From Octopus vulgaris (taxonomy: Eukaryota), in assembly GCA_951406725.2 (NCBI GenBank), contig OX597815.1, positions 78,554,001 through 78,618,000 of the forward strand: a DNA stretch of 64,000 nt. Reading direction: 5' to 3'. Below, piece after piece: positions 28,770-43,397 of the stretch; within the stretch, counting starts at the first letter, position 1; each line of letters opens with the position of its first letter. A program made the position numbers and the translations under genes. The notes under the pieces were generated by a model, which saw only the letters and a program-made list of their open reading frames with translations, ran no database searches and had not been told where the DNA came from.

Positions 28770-29100
28770 AGAAGTGGCTGTGTAACACATTGAGCAAGTG
28801 TCTTCTACTATAGCCTCGGGCCGATCCAAGCCCTTGTAATGGATTTAGTAGACGGAAACTGAAAGAAGCCCGTCGTGTTTAAATGTGTGTGTGTGTGTGT
28901 GTGTGTGTATCCACCACCGCTTGACTACCGGTGTTTACGCCTCCGTAATCTAGCGGTTCGGCAAAAGGCCGACAGAATAAATACCAGCCTTAAAAACTAA
29001 AAAAAGTTTTGAGATTAATTCATTCAACTAAAAATTCTTCAAGGCGGTGCACCAGCATGGCCGCAGTCTAATGACTGGAACAAGTAAAAGAATAAAAGAA
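28770..29100 (+). mobile_element. tRNA-derived SINE with internal (TG)n
   Basis: gcaagtgtcttctactatagcctcgggccga...gacggaaactgaaagaagcccgtcg...ggcggtgcaccagcatggccgcagtc, the reverse complement of the 37125-37520 family. Confidence 0.8.
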
Positions 29101-29498
29101 ATACTAAATTTTCTGAAAGTTGAAATCAATAAATTTATAAATAAATTGATAATTATAAAATGTATGTCAATGCATCACTGGATGCGTGTTCACATCTCAT
29201 TTCCGATTTTTATTTCATATAAAAAAAAACTCTGTGTTTGTATCCACATTTAATTTTTTGAAATATAAGTCTTTGTTTTAACCAAAATTAGCCATCAAAA
29301 GAAGGAAAAGAAAATATTTTTAACGAAATCACAAAATATCATTTTCTAACGGGAATAGTCTTTTTTTTAAGATTATCTTTTTAAAAAATTGAATTATATT
29401 TAATGGCTTCAAACATTATAAAATTCTTTAGTAATTAAACCATCGTTGATTAATTCTTTCTTAATCTTTTCATCACATGTTAAATTCACAGCATCCAC

Positions 29499-29536
<38 letters not shown>

Positions 29537-30651
29537 CATACAAAATATATATATACACACACATACATAGATGTGAGTTTGTGTGTTCATTTATGTATGT
29601 ATACATATACACACACATGTATAGACACGTGTGTATGTATTTGTGTGTCTGCGTATATATGTATCGCGGAGCGAAATTCTCAAACAGCTTTGTCCATATT
29701 CGGGAAAGTTCGGTAACTTCTAAGACTAACAGCAGTCTACATTGGGTGTCAGCTCGTTAGAATCCATTGAGTGAAGCAGTCTACTGTTACTACTACTTCA
29801 CCCACCTCTTTAGAGTCAATGTGACAGCGGTATTAATAATAAATACATAGACATAACTCAAAGTATTCTTTATTAATCTTCGTTGTTTATCATATCACAC
29901 CCTCTCTAAAGGGCCCATTACAACTTTTCCCCCTTTTCATTGGAATAATTAAAAACAAAATCGTCGTCCTCATCGTATATTTGCTTCGTCACTTAACAAT
30001 TTCTATTATTTGTGATTTGTTGAAATTATTTATCTTTATTTATTTTTTTAGGCAACCCTCCTATAAACTGACTCATTTTATTCAGTAAAAGAATCTTGAT
30101 TAAAAAACTAAAAAAAAAAAAACTCCGACTCCCTAAAAAGAAAAGAAGAAAAAAAATCTCCCAAAATGGAGAACATTCTTAACACCCTTCACCCAACCCA
30201 CTAGTTGCTGTGCAGAGATTTCCTGCTCTATCTCTCACTGATTTCTCACCTCCCTTATTTCTGCACTGCCTTCAACATACTACACTAGTATCCTTCTATA
30301 GTTACCATTCTGCTCAATGATAATAAGCAAACAGGCGAGATATACTTGTTTCATTACTTTACAACCCAAAAGATGGAGAGGAGCAATAACTACTAGCATT
30401 AAATGTTCAGACATATTACATATTACATATTTGTAGTCTCTTTTTCTTCAACGTTTATTTATTAGCTTCTCTTACATGTGGGATATTTTAAACCTTACAC
30501 AATTTACTTATCCATATTTACCCGCCAATGTTCGTTTCTTCTCTATAAAAACTATGCTAACACACAGACACACACACATATCAAATGACAGCCACAGATT
30601 TTCTGAACCCTTCTCTTACTCAGTATGGTGATATCAACCCGCATTTACACA

Positions 30652-30690
<39 letters not shown>

Positions 30691-30806
30691 ATATATACAT
30701 ACACACGCGCACAGGCTCCTCTCTTTATATACATAGCTCCACATACACATCATATATATGTATGTATGTATATAAATATATATATGTGCGTGTGTGTGTG
30801 TGTATG

Positions 30807-30884
<78 letters not shown>

Positions 30885-31284
30885 TATATATAGAGAGAGA
30901 GATTTATATATACATACATGAACATAAACACACACTTACATTCACACACACACATACGCACACACACACACATTGAAATGTATCCATATATTTCTTCACC
31001 CTTACACATGTATACTTTACAAAATATTTATCAATGAAAATCTACCAGTGTTTTTTTTTTTAGAAAGCAAAGAAGACGATAGCTTCTACTAATACAGAGA
31101 TGGTAGAACGGTGCCCTCTTAGTAAGATTGAAATAACTTACAACTGCACCACTCTGTACTCGAGTTGGGTGTTTAAATACTAACTGAACTGCCGACAGTC
31201 ATACAGACAGACAGAATGATGAACAATGTTCATACTTGTGCACACAAATACCGGGTACACGCAAATACACACGATACAGACTCA

Positions 31285-31326
<42 letters not shown>

Positions 31327-31867
31327 GGGAGAGAGAGAGAGAGGGAGAGAGAGAGAGAGAGAGCAATGCCAGAAGAAGCTACGATATTTTAAGCTGATAG
31401 AATAGAAACTTAGTCACTAAAGCTAAGAATCCACCCTTAATTGTACGCAATGCATACGCGGTAGAAATGGGCGGGAAACTAAAAGATAATTTATTCAAAA
31501 CTGCCATTCTTTGAAAGGCAATGAGGAGTGGAGCCAAAGTTTGGCGTATGCCTTCTCATCCGTATTTGGGGATCTCTTGTAGAACGGCAGTAATAACGTT
31601 GCACGCAGGATAGGGCGTGTCTTTGTGTCGACAGCACATACCTTATTACCATATCGTTTGAACGCATTATAAGAGCCGATCGTAGATTCAGCTCCTGATT
31701 GACAAGTAATGCTTTGACCATAATTGGCTCGGAAGATCATCCAAAGCTTATTACCCTCCTCTCAACACATCAGCGCTATTGACGATAGCTATTTTCAACG
31801 TTTAGTTTTCAACGTTTGTTCTTTCTTACAAAAGGCCCGCGAAATCAAACAGTATGATTGATCGATA

Positions 31868-32043
<176 letters not shown>

Positions 32044-32679
32044 TAGAGAAACAGTATAAACAATTCTGAAACACTGACTGCCCCTAGCTCCTATAAAATA
32101 AATAACATCCTTCTGACCCAGCCAACAATGTCAACCATTGAACCATGTCAATTGTTGAATAACTATAAATAGGCGATTCCGCTTAATTGCATACCGGATA
32201 ATTGTATAATTCGGTTATTGCATGACTTTTTCAAAACATCAAACTGTTGTTTGGCTTTGAACCCGTGTAAAATTGATCGGTTAATCACGAATGATTTTGA
32301 AATTTATTTTCAAAAAAAAAAAAAAAAAAAAAGTAATAATAATTGGCGAAATGTAGAATAAGTTGAACGACTATTTGATTTGATGAGTAAACGGTGCTCC
32401 TCAGAGTTTCTGTTTTCATGAGTTAAATTGACAATATTCAATACTTTATAACAAATCGTCATATGCAAGGTAAACAGCAAGAATCAAGTCATTAGAATTC
32501 AGCTATGCTGGGGCACCGCCTTAAGGTTTTAAGTCGAACGAACGAATCAACCCCAGAATTATTTTTTTAATGCCTATTACTTATTTTGTCGATCATTTTT
32601 TGCCGAACAGCTAAGTTATGGAAACAGAAACAAACCAACGCCGGTTCTCAAGCGCTTGTTGGAAACACACACACACACA

Positions 32680-32725
<46 letters not shown>

Positions 32726-34406
32726 TGCATGCATGCATGCATACATACATACATATTAAAGTATTGAGGATAAAAATTATTAAAAAATTAAAATCTATAC
32801 CAGTGGCCAGAGAACGCATTTTACGTTGTTAGACGATTTGGCGTCTACTTTCAGTTTGTAAGGAAACCACTTGGTGGCTTTCCTCTTCCTTTCGGGGTCG
32901 ATAAATAAAGTACTAGTTTCGCACTGGGGGTCGATGTAATCGACTTCATCCCTTTGTCTGTCCTTGTTTGTCCCCTCTATGTTTAGCCCCTTGTGGGTAG
33001 TAAAGAAATATATATTTGAATACACACACACACACACACACACACACACGAAAGACTTCTTTTAGTTTCCGCCTACCAAATCCACTCACGAGGCTTTGTC
33101 GGCCCGGGGCTTTAGTAGAAGATACTTGTCCAAGATGTCACGCAATGAGATTGAACCCAGAACCATCTTGTTAGGAAGCAAATTTCTTACCACACAGCTA
33201 CAGTACGTTCCAGCAGAAACACAACAGCGATTAGCATATTCAAGTTCGAATCTGCCGTAACTTGTTTATGTCTTCTCCGAATCAAAAAAGAAATATACAA
33301 ATCATCTTCAGTAATTTGTTAACAAACAAAGTATGTCAAATTTATCAAAGTTATCTAAAATTATTATTATGAACTCTTTCATTGAGCTGAAAAACATCGA
33401 AATTCAACAGTTTAATTCTTAATTATGTAATACATACCTTTCTCCCAATAAATACATTCTTATAGATAAAATGAATTTTAAAAAAGCATGGTTTTGATCA
33501 AATGGTGAATGAAGGACAATGCTTCCCCTCTATACTGTACACACACATACGTTTTACAATTAGCACACAAGAAGTCGATTTTTTTTTAAATCCAAAAAAT
33601 TAATCGTATTTTATCAAAGTAAAATTTAAAATTATATCCACTTAAAATGGTGTGTCGATATGACGTTTGAGGTAGTCGATATGACATTTGAGAGATGGTT
33701 ACTCGTATGAATGTGTACATATTTTGCAAAGAAAGGCAAAATTTTCACACGTGTCTAACTTCTGCACACGCTCACAGCTTTAGAATTAAAGGAACACTGA
33801 TGAAGGGTAGTTTATAGTTAGCCGGTCGTAAAAATGTGATTTAAGCTTGCAGGTCATTGAAGAATATCAAATGTTAGTTATTCTTCCATTTAGCGGGTAA
33901 GGCAAACGAGTATCAGGCACAGATGTTACTTTAATCATTAGGAAACAAAGAGAACGATATTTGAAAATGACTCGTTCAAACAACTTAGTTATTGCGACAT
34001 AATCCGGTTTACCAATATACAACTGATAGATAGATAGACAGATAGACAGATAGATAGATATGTGTGTGCTAAGTTGATTCTGCTAACACACCCTACTTGC
34101 TTTTTAGAAGCCCTGTGCGTTTCACCAGATAACAATATAGCTTGCCATATGATGAAATATACAGAAACGTAGAGAGATACCTTAGATGTTATCAGTTGAA
34201 AAAATACTGACGCGCGCGTGCGTTTTATTTTGTGAGATCAAATCCCGTTGCTGTCAGATTTACTTTTATCCCTCTAGGGTCAATAAAGTACTAGTCAACT
34301 AAGTATTAGGGTCGATTTAACCGACTAACCCCCTCTTAAATTACTGATTTGTACCTACATTAGAAATTAACGACCGATTAGCAAAAACCGTTACAGGCTT
34401 GAAGTT

Positions 34407-35510
34407 TTGGGTCATCCCATAAATAATGCGTTTTCTTTAATACTTCTTTTATATTTCAAAATTAAGATAAACAAAGTTCTTTTTTTAATCTAAAATATAC
34501 TCTCCTTCATTTTCTACAATGCTCGTCCATCTATCTGGTAGACTTGCAAGGTCCCTCTTCCAAAATTCACTTGTCCTTGACGAAAAACACTCCTCCAGTA
34601 CTGCTCTAACCTCGTCTATAGAATTCATATTTTTTTCCATTCAAATGATTTTGATGACTGCGGAATAAATGATAATCAGATGGGACAATGTCCGGCGAAT
34701 ATGGTAGGTGGGGTATCGTTTCCCATTCAAACTTCTCCAGCCTTTGGAATGTCATCCTCGTTGTATGTGGCCGAGCATTATCCTGATGGAAGAACACCTA
34801 TCATCTTGAAATCAAAGAGGGTCGTTTTTCTTCTAGCACTAACTTAAGCCACTCAAGCTGCTCGCAGTAGATCACCTTTGTTATCGTTTGGTTTGGGTTT
34901 AAAAGTTCAAAGTAGACTAACCCTTTCATATCCAACCAAACAGCCAACAATACCTTACGTAGGTGAAGAACTTCTTTAACCTGGTGTCGGTGTTTTCCTT
35001 TCCCTACCCACTGTCTTTGGCGCTTGACATTTTTATAAAGAACCCATTTCTCGTCACCAGTCACTATTCGGTCCAAAAAAAGTTCATTCATGAAACATGA
35101 CAACTAATAAGAGCACATATTCACTCTCTGCGCGCGATTAGACTCTGAAAGTTTGTGAGGAACCCATTGACCCAATTTGTGACTTTTCCAATGACATGCA
35201 GGTGTCGATAAATGGATGAATGACCAAATCCAAGATTCTCTGCTAGTTCCTCAACAGTTACGATGGAATTTTGATCCACCAAGGTTTGCAGGACGTCCTC
35301 GTCGAGCTCTACAGATCTTTCATGATGAGGCTCGTCTTCTAGGCTGTATTTTCCAGCTCGAAATTTCTGGAACCACCGTTGACACTGACTTACGCTTATT
35401 GTTCGATCCTCATATACTGCATTAATATTCCTTGCACTTCCCATTGCATTGTTGCCTTTATTGAACTCATAAAGCAAAATACTCCATTATAACTTTGAAA
35501 AAGTAACTGT
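34407..35510 (-). mobile_element. Mariner (DD34D) transposase pseudogene with one visible terminus
   Basis: Three frameshifted ORFs: N-terminal HTH (QRWFQKFRAG..SLEDEP), DRIVTGDEKWVLY, and FHQDNARPH...HLPYSPDIVPSDYHLF. Confidence 0.93.
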
Positions 35511-35599
35511 TATTTGTTTTATTATCAATCCACAAAAAGATGAAAACAATATCACTCATGGTTGAATTTGAACTCGGAATGTAGAGGAACTTGACTAAA

Positions 35600-35820
35600 T
35601 ATTGGTTTCAAATTTTGGCACAAGGCCAGTGATTGCGGGGCAGTAGCTTAAGTCGATTACATCGACCCCAGTATTTGACTGGTACTTAATTTATCGACCC
35701 CTAAAAGGATTAAAGGCAAAGTCGATCTCGGAGGAATTTGAATTCAGAATGTAAAGACGGACGAAATGCCGCTAAGCATTTTGCCCGGCGCGCAAACGAT
35801 TCTGCCGGCCCGCCGCCCTA
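35600..35820 (-). mobile_element. tRNA-derived SINE with a Meta-like core, CpG-intact copy
   Basis: gtcgattacatcgaccccagt...ctggtacttaatttatcgacccc...ggcaaagtcga..tcgg.ggaatttgaa.tcagaa. Confidence 0.82.
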
Positions 35821-35833
35821 ACATGACTAAATA

Positions 35834-35938
<105 letters not shown>

Positions 35939-36543
35939 GTCATTCTACCGCTTCACCAGTCTGAGTTCTTAATATTCGGCGCTCATTTTGAAGGGAAAAC
36001 TTTTTCGATGTATTTTATTAATTAATCAATCCCCAAAAAACATAGTCGATATTAGCTCCATTTGAACTCATGGCGTAAAGGAGCCCCTTTTTTTTACTTT
36101 TTTTTCTTTCTTTCTATTTTTTGTGTTGTTTTCTCGTGTCTTCCTAAAGTAAAGCGAAGATATATTAACATCTAATTTTTCACATTACTTCGCTACTAAA
36201 AATAAACCGATATACTAAAAATGGCAGCCTTTTATAACTTCCTACAACACTCATGGTGAGTGGTGTAGAGTTATAGATAACTTTGCTGCGACACAGTTAG
36301 CATGCTTGTAACAACGATATCACTGCATGTACAAAATAATACTAATAGCCTTTAGGAAAGGCATGAACATCAATTCCCAGCCTCCCTTTCTCCACTTGTC
36401 TATTGATCTAACTTTCGTGTCAGTTTACCCGGTGTAAATAGTCAGCAGAAAATCCAAACATTTTGCTGTTTATTGCAATTTCGCGAGTGTGTGTGTGTGA
36501 AGTGAGAGAGAGAGAGAGAGGGAGGTTGCTGGTGCTATTACAA

Positions 36544-36592
<49 letters not shown>

Positions 36593-37084
36593 TTCTACTA
36601 CAACTACTACTAAAATAAATCTTTATAAGCTCATGTGATAATTGAGATTACGAAAGAAAAAAAAAATGATATTACGAATGACTGAAAAAATAATCAACAA
36701 TTATATTTTATAGATTATACTGTAGCAGGCGATAGAAGAATATTTTTTTTAATTCTATGAGAAAAAAAGGATAACAAACACCATTTTCCTTGTTTCTTTT
36801 TGTAATGTTGCTATAACATTACAACGGATTTTCAATGTCAGTTCCCTTCAGTTAAGTTACCACACAGAGGCCTTACATAGTTCGTACCTTGCCTTAAATG
36901 GTTGCTTCTACTACGAAACTTTCAGTGACGATCAAAAGTTAGAAATTGAAAAGGCCACCCGTTCCACACCCACACGCATAGATGTATGTACGAAACTATC
37001 AGCCCTTGAGTCATTCTGATATTATACTTCTGTTGATTAAATATAGTATCGTGTCTTGAGTTCTATTTTCCTGTTTGTATCACC

Positions 37085-37120
<36 letters not shown>

Positions 37121-37124
37121 TTTA

Positions 37125-37652
<528 letters not shown>

Positions 37653-37792
37653 GTGATCTTTGGGACGGAGCAACTGGGGCTTATTTAGGATCTATTCATT
37701 TGCTCATGTAAAATTGGGAATCATTGAGATCGATGGATAGAAAGACCAACTGGATAGAAAGACCAATCTGGAACAGATTGATTCTTCTCCCC

Positions 37793-37871
<79 letters not shown>

Positions 37872-38177
37872 ATCGGCTGAAGTCAAATAAAAAGAAGGTT
37901 AAAGATACCTAAAGTACACGGTATGTCACGTGAGTTTAGCGAGTGTTGACGGCTTACGTATGGCGAGCGGTATATTGAATTACCTTAGATTTAAAAAAAC
38001 ATTGAAAACATTACTGATTATACAAAAATAAAATAATTGTTTCAAATGTTGGTACAATGCTAGTATTTTAAGAGGAGGGTTCAAGTCGATTCCAAGGTCG
38101 GTATACTTATTTTATCGACCCGGAAGGATAAAAGCAAAGTCAACCACGGCGGTATTTGAACTTAGAACGTAAAGAAC

Positions 38178-38435
38178 TTGCTTCCCAATCACATGGTTCC
38201 GGGTTCAGTCCCACTGAGTGGCACCTTAGGCAAGTGTCTTCTACTATAGGCCCGAGCCGACTAAAGCCTTGTGGGTGGATTTGGTAGACGGAAACTGAAT
38301 GAAGCAAGTTTGTGTGTGTGTGTGTGTGTGTGTGAGTCCCAACTACTGCTTGACAACTAGTGTTGGTGCGTAAAATCCTCGTAACTTAGCGGTTCGGCTA
38401 AAGAGACCGATGGAATGAGTACCTGGCTTTACAAA
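38178..38435 (+). mobile_element. tRNA-derived SINE, 3'-truncated, same family as 37125-37520
   Basis: ttgcttcccaatcacatggttccgggttcagtcccactg...gtaacttagcggttcggc.aaagagaccgat. Confidence 0.8.
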
Positions 38436-38687
38436 AAGTCATAAAGAAGCAAACTCAGAGTGGGACACCAATCTGTAGTTATGTGTACTAAAAGTTATGT
38501 CTAATAAAAGACTGAGTCCGGCGGATTCTGCGGAAAAATTCTTCACGGTTCAATGGAGGGAAAGGCGGCTATAGCAATGCATTGTGGCGTGCAGAGAGCG
38601 AGATGAGGCTTGGTCATCCACTGACCAAGATATCTGATCCGTCTCCATCCCCGGTCGTCTTGACCTGAGACTGAACATAGTCACTGA

Positions 38688-38767
38688 CGAGAGAGACAGA
38701 GAGAGAGAGAGAATGAATGAATGAATGAATGAATGAATGAATGAATGAATGAATGAATGAATGAATG
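38688..38767. repeat. (GA)n(GAAT)n microsatellite
   Basis: Direct inspection. Confidence 0.95.
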
Positions 38768-39809
38768 ACGGTACGCAACACTTCTTCACTTTAAACAAAG
38801 TCACCACACAAGTGGCCATTCCTAATGACCAAATGCTCCTCATTTTTCCGACAGGTGAATGTGAAAGTTTAATACAGCATCTATTAAATCTAACTGAAAA
38901 AGGACAATGATAAACCTTACATTTGCTACCAAACTTGAATTACAGTAATTGACATAGAATAATTTGCAGTACACTATTGTAATACTGTCCGAGGACAAAC
39001 GAATAATAATGAGATTCTATTACAAAACAGAAACGAATAAGTGAAAGGATCAGAGTTCTCTCCTTTACAATACAGAATTCTTCACTTCCTTCAAAATGAA
39101 TGTAAGCAAAGTTAGTACAACTCTTGAGAGATCGTACATTTTAGGACCGACCGGCTTATTCAGTCTTGTGTAGTACAGAGTCTTACGGGAGTTAACTAAT
39201 TAAAATTTTCTCAGCTCATGAATATGTTAGTAATCACTTTCTATGCTGCACATTCTTTTTAGGCATTCTTACAATACACTAAATATTACCTATTGTATAC
39301 TAGCGCCTTTCTAGAGTGACATTGATCCGTCACTGCTCCTACTGCAGGAAAAATAATTCATTACTAATACTAAAATAACTTATAAATGACATATACATTA
39401 ACTGACTTATATCACATCAAACACCTTATTTCAAGAACCCTTATGAATTTATAAACCCATCTAATTAGCACATAAAACAATTGTGAGTGAATTTTAGAGC
39501 TGAAGAATTATCGTTATTATACATTGATATTATGTTCTCCTGCTGAGATCAATTTGCCTTTCATTCCTCCAAGATTAAAAAAATTAAGTACCAGCCAAAT
39601 ACTAAGATAGATGGTACAGACTAATTCCCACTCCTCAAACTTATTGGCCATGTGCTTAATGCAGAAACCATTCTTATACATTGGCGTGGCTGTGTAGTCT
39701 TGGGGTCAGCGCCTTCAGCGCCTATAACTCTGGTCCGGACAAAGCTTTGTGAGTGAATTTAATCGACGAAAATTGAAAGAAGCCCGTCGTACACACACAC
39801 ACACACTTT

Positions 39810-40049
39810 CATTGTAACTGAAAGGCTCTACTTTCTAGTACTGGGAGTCACTTGTTTCCGATCACCAGCTGGTAAATCGAGTCTACTTTTCTTTTGAAAT
39901 ATGGAATGAAAGTTTGAATTGCATGCGTTTTTACAAAAAAAGCATTCAAACGAAGAATGTTTCAAAAGAAAAGCAGGCTCGGTTTACCAACTGATGATCG
40001 GAAACGAGTAACTCCGAGTATTGGAAATCAAAGTCTTTCCGTTATAATG
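39810..40049. repeat. Long imperfect palindrome with arms of about 90 bp; probable fold-back MITE
   Basis: 39810-39899 is the reverse complement of 39960-40049 without gaps (about 16 mismatches by eye). Inner GTTTGAAT/ATTCAAAC also pair. Confidence 0.9.
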
Positions 40050-40137
40050 TTCTTTTAATGTATGAAAGAATACTCTACATTTGCATTGAGACCTGTAATT
40101 TATTGCTTCTGGTGATCAACAGATATATATGTATATA

Positions 40138-40563
40138 TCTATATATAAACGGCAGTTTGTCTGTCTGTGTGTCTGTCAGGTTGTACCCTCACCCTGACCA
40201 CGGCTTTCAACCGATTCTGATGAAACTTGACTCACACATAGCCCAATGTCATAATTCAAAACTAACGCAGCGAAAATTTTGAAAAGTTCCCTCAGTTATG
40301 AAAAAATCGATAAATTCGACATGGGGTCGAGAATCTAAGCTTTTTATATGCAACTCATTTACTGTCTAGGGGACACAACTCGACCTTTTTATCGCCCAAA
40401 GGGACAGCTAAGAACATCGTATACACAGAAGTATTCGAGTGAAGAGAAAACATTGCAACCTACACATGCGCCTTCGTTCCCTAGAGAGAAAGGACTAGAT
40501 TGGGATTAGTCGTTGCCTACTAGGGGCTCTTACATACCCGGGCAACGCCGGGCTATGCTGCTA

Positions 40564-40564
<1 letters not shown>
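40138..40564 (+). mobile_element. Non-autonomous Helitron-like element, copy 2 (variant 3' half)
   Basis: a|TCTATATATAAACGGCAGTTTG ... CCCGGGCAACGCCGGG-CTATGCTG-CTAG|t. Confidence 0.82.
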
Positions 40565-40609
<45 letters not shown>

Positions 40610-40675
40610 TCTGTAAAACATATAAATTCAAAAGAAGCACACTCTAAGGTGTAGAGCAGTATATATTAAAAATGG

Positions 40676-40838
40676 GGAAGGCCTGTTTAAGGGATTACCG
40701 TAGGTTTCCCGTCCATAAAGGGTTTAGCTTTATGGCGTATCGTCAGATCCAAAAACCTATTAAAAATATGACGATACGCCATAAAGTTAAACTCTTTATG
40801 AACGGGAAACCTAAGACAATCCCATAAACCAGCCTTCC
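40676..40838. repeat. Imperfect palindrome with arms of about 70 bp and a 23-nt loop
   Basis: GGAAGGC...TAGGTTTCCCGT.CATAAAG.GTTTA.CTTTATGGCGTATCGTCA pairs with TGACGATACGCCATAAAG.TAAAC.CTTTATG.ACGGGAAACCTA...GCCTTCC. Confidence 0.92.
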
Positions 40839-40871
<33 letters not shown>

Positions 40872-40909
40872 TGTATGTATGTATGTATGTATGTAGAATC
40901 TTTTCTTCT

Positions 40910-41250
40910 ATAGGTACAAGACCTGAAATTGGTAGGAGGGAACAAGTCGATTACATCGACTCCAATGTTTCACTGGTACTTATTTAATAGACCCCCGAAA
41001 GGATGAAAGGCAAAGCTGACCTCGGCGGAATTTGAACTCAGAACGTAGCGACTAGCAAAATTCCTATTTCTTTACTACCCACAAGGGGCTAAACAAGGAC
41101 AGACAAACGGATTAAGTCGATTATATCGAATCCAGGGCATAACTGGTACTTATTTAATAGACCCCAAAAGGATGAAAGGCAAAGTCGACCTCGGCGGAAT
41201 TTGAACTCAGAACGTAACGGCAGACGAAATACGGCTACGCATTTCGCCCT
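40910..41250 (-). mobile_element. Two tandem partial copies of the Meta-like SINE
   Basis: actggtacttatttaatagacccc..aaggatgaaaggcaaag..gacctcggcggaatttgaactcagaacgta occurs at about 40972 and about 41142. Confidence 0.85.
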
Positions 41251-42689
41251 GAAAGAGAACACGAAAAATTATGGATAGTAGCATACTCGTAATGTATTTG
41301 TAGTCCCAGTGATTATATAAATCTAAAAATAGCTGATTTGAAAGCTTATAGCATTGATAAATAGAATGTTAACACGAATTCCAGTGATTCTGACACACAA
41401 GAAATATTTTCAGTTTCTATTTATAGTTGGTGCGATCCAATCCGATTAATTCATTTATTTTATATACACCTTTTAATGATTACTAATTTAGGCACCCGAC
41501 CAAGGTGGGGGGGTTGGTCAATTACATCAAGTCCAGTACTTTACAGCTATTCTATTGACCCAAGAAAGATGAAAGGCGAAGTTGACTTTGGTAGGAATAG
41601 AATTCGATTGCATTTTTTATAATAAATATAATTACATTTAGGCTTGGGTCCGTTGACATGTAATCAAATCAAAAGTATTTCAGTCTTAACTACACTCCTC
41701 TTTTTTTTCACACCCCACCCCCAGGAATTTTGAACTCCCAAACTACATTTTTAAGACAGGTGTGTGTCATTTCACGAAGATTCTGCTGCTATTTCTATCA
41801 GGTTCAACACTCGCAGAGTATGTCGTGTTGAACTAGTCAAGCACAACATTGACAAGTATACAAGTGAATAATACACAGATCACCTGTGTGTGTGTGTGTG
41901 CGTGCGCACGCGCGAGGGGGAGAGGTTGCAATGAACTGGTAGAATTTTTAGGGCACTGGATAGAATGCTTCTTAGTCAACTTCATCATTTAACATCTGTC
42001 TTCCATGCTGGTATGGGTTGGGCAGTTCTTCAAGAGCTCCAGTGTCTGCTTTGGTATGGCTTCTTTGACCTGGATGTCGTTCCAAATGCCAATTACTTTA
42101 CTGATGCCTTTTTCTTTTTTATTTTTTCATAGCCCCCAGAACTAGTGAGATCACCATGAAACACACAAGGCAAGGCCTCTCAACTGAGTGATGCTGCAGA
42201 TCAGTAAAAAGTACCAATCAAGAATAATTATCATTATTATAGTGGTGAATTGTTGGAGTGTCAAACAAAAATGCTTTGCAGGTCTAGTCTTTTACTTTCT
42301 GAGTTCAAATCTTGCTATGGTCAACTTTTCATTTCGTCCTTTCTGGGTCAATAAAATAATGTACTTTTGAGTATAGTGGATTGGCAGAACTGTAAGAACA
42401 TCAGACCAAATACATGCAGTTTTTTTTTTTTAATTCTGAGTTCAAATCCCACCATGGCCCACTTGGGTGATAAATAAGTCTAACACCATCACCTAACAAT
42501 TTCAGAGTCCACTGTGTTGCAAATATTGAAGCCAAGGTTTAAGGATATTTTCCCCTCCACCAATTTTGGAAGTCATGTAAAAGATTATAGACACTGACTG
42601 TCAGATTAGGTGCAGAGGTATAGACAAAAGTTGTATGCTTTATTAGGGCCTCTCTTTTGCTGAGAGAGATGTTTTTTCATCAAGCACAG

Positions 42690-43020
42690 CAAATTCACTG
42701 ATCCTCTTGGTCCTTTGTCACTTCCTGTGTGAAGTTCAAAATCTGGAAGTCATTTGTTACTACTTTCTTCCACAGATTCCATCCACATATAGCAATCAGC
42801 ACTTCATTATGCAGTTGTCCTCATCCATATGCATAACAAAACCATTCTTGCACACCCTTCTCACATTTGATGTCTCTTATGCCCAATTTTTCTTTCAACA
42901 CATTTCAACAGCATTTCAGTGTTTGTGTTATATCACATCTTGATCTAATGTGTCTTTTTTTCCTTGCTTTTTCCAAAGAGGATAGGGTGTGCATTGAGGA
43001 ATTTTGGGCTGTTACTTCTA
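42690..43020 (-). mobile_element. RTE LINE 3' fragment, CpG-depleted
   Basis: Minus-strand remnant EKLGIRDIKCEKGVQEWFCYAYG/DEDNCIMKC..LYVDGICGR resembles the RTE C-terminus (RLRW.GHV.RMD...V.G...RGRP). Confidence 0.55.
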
Positions 43021-43397
43021 ACAGCAGGTCAAATAACTACATAGAAGCACCCTCATAAGCTTGCAGAGTCATTTGTCCTTTTGACTATTTTTTTACCTTA
43101 TTTCTATTGAAATACACTGTTTCAATTACATTTGAAAATAATGAAGAATTTAGTAAAGTAACTCTATCACCATTAAGCAGGTGTTTAGAAGATAAATTAA
43201 CAAGAAATTTTAATGGAAGGATTTAACTTGGATCTCTTTAAAACAGGAAGTTTGTATCATAGAACCAGGGGGGTCTCAAGCAGAGCCATCTAAGCAGCAG
43301 CATAGGCCCCACGGTAAATCAGCACACTGGCCCTGTAGAATTTATTTATTTATTGACAGTATGACAGCAAACATAGATCAGAATTGAGCCATTAGGC

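Noticed and set aside
33643-33693. Short direct duplications (gtcgatatgac.tttgag x2; also 22436-22478 and 37736-37768)
   Set aside because: Two-copy slippage duplications with no further structure.
39991-40012. CTGATGA-TCG-GAAA-CGAGTA as a hammerhead ribozyme
   Set aside because: No stem I can form with the flanks, stem II is absent, and the motif is part of a palindrome arm.
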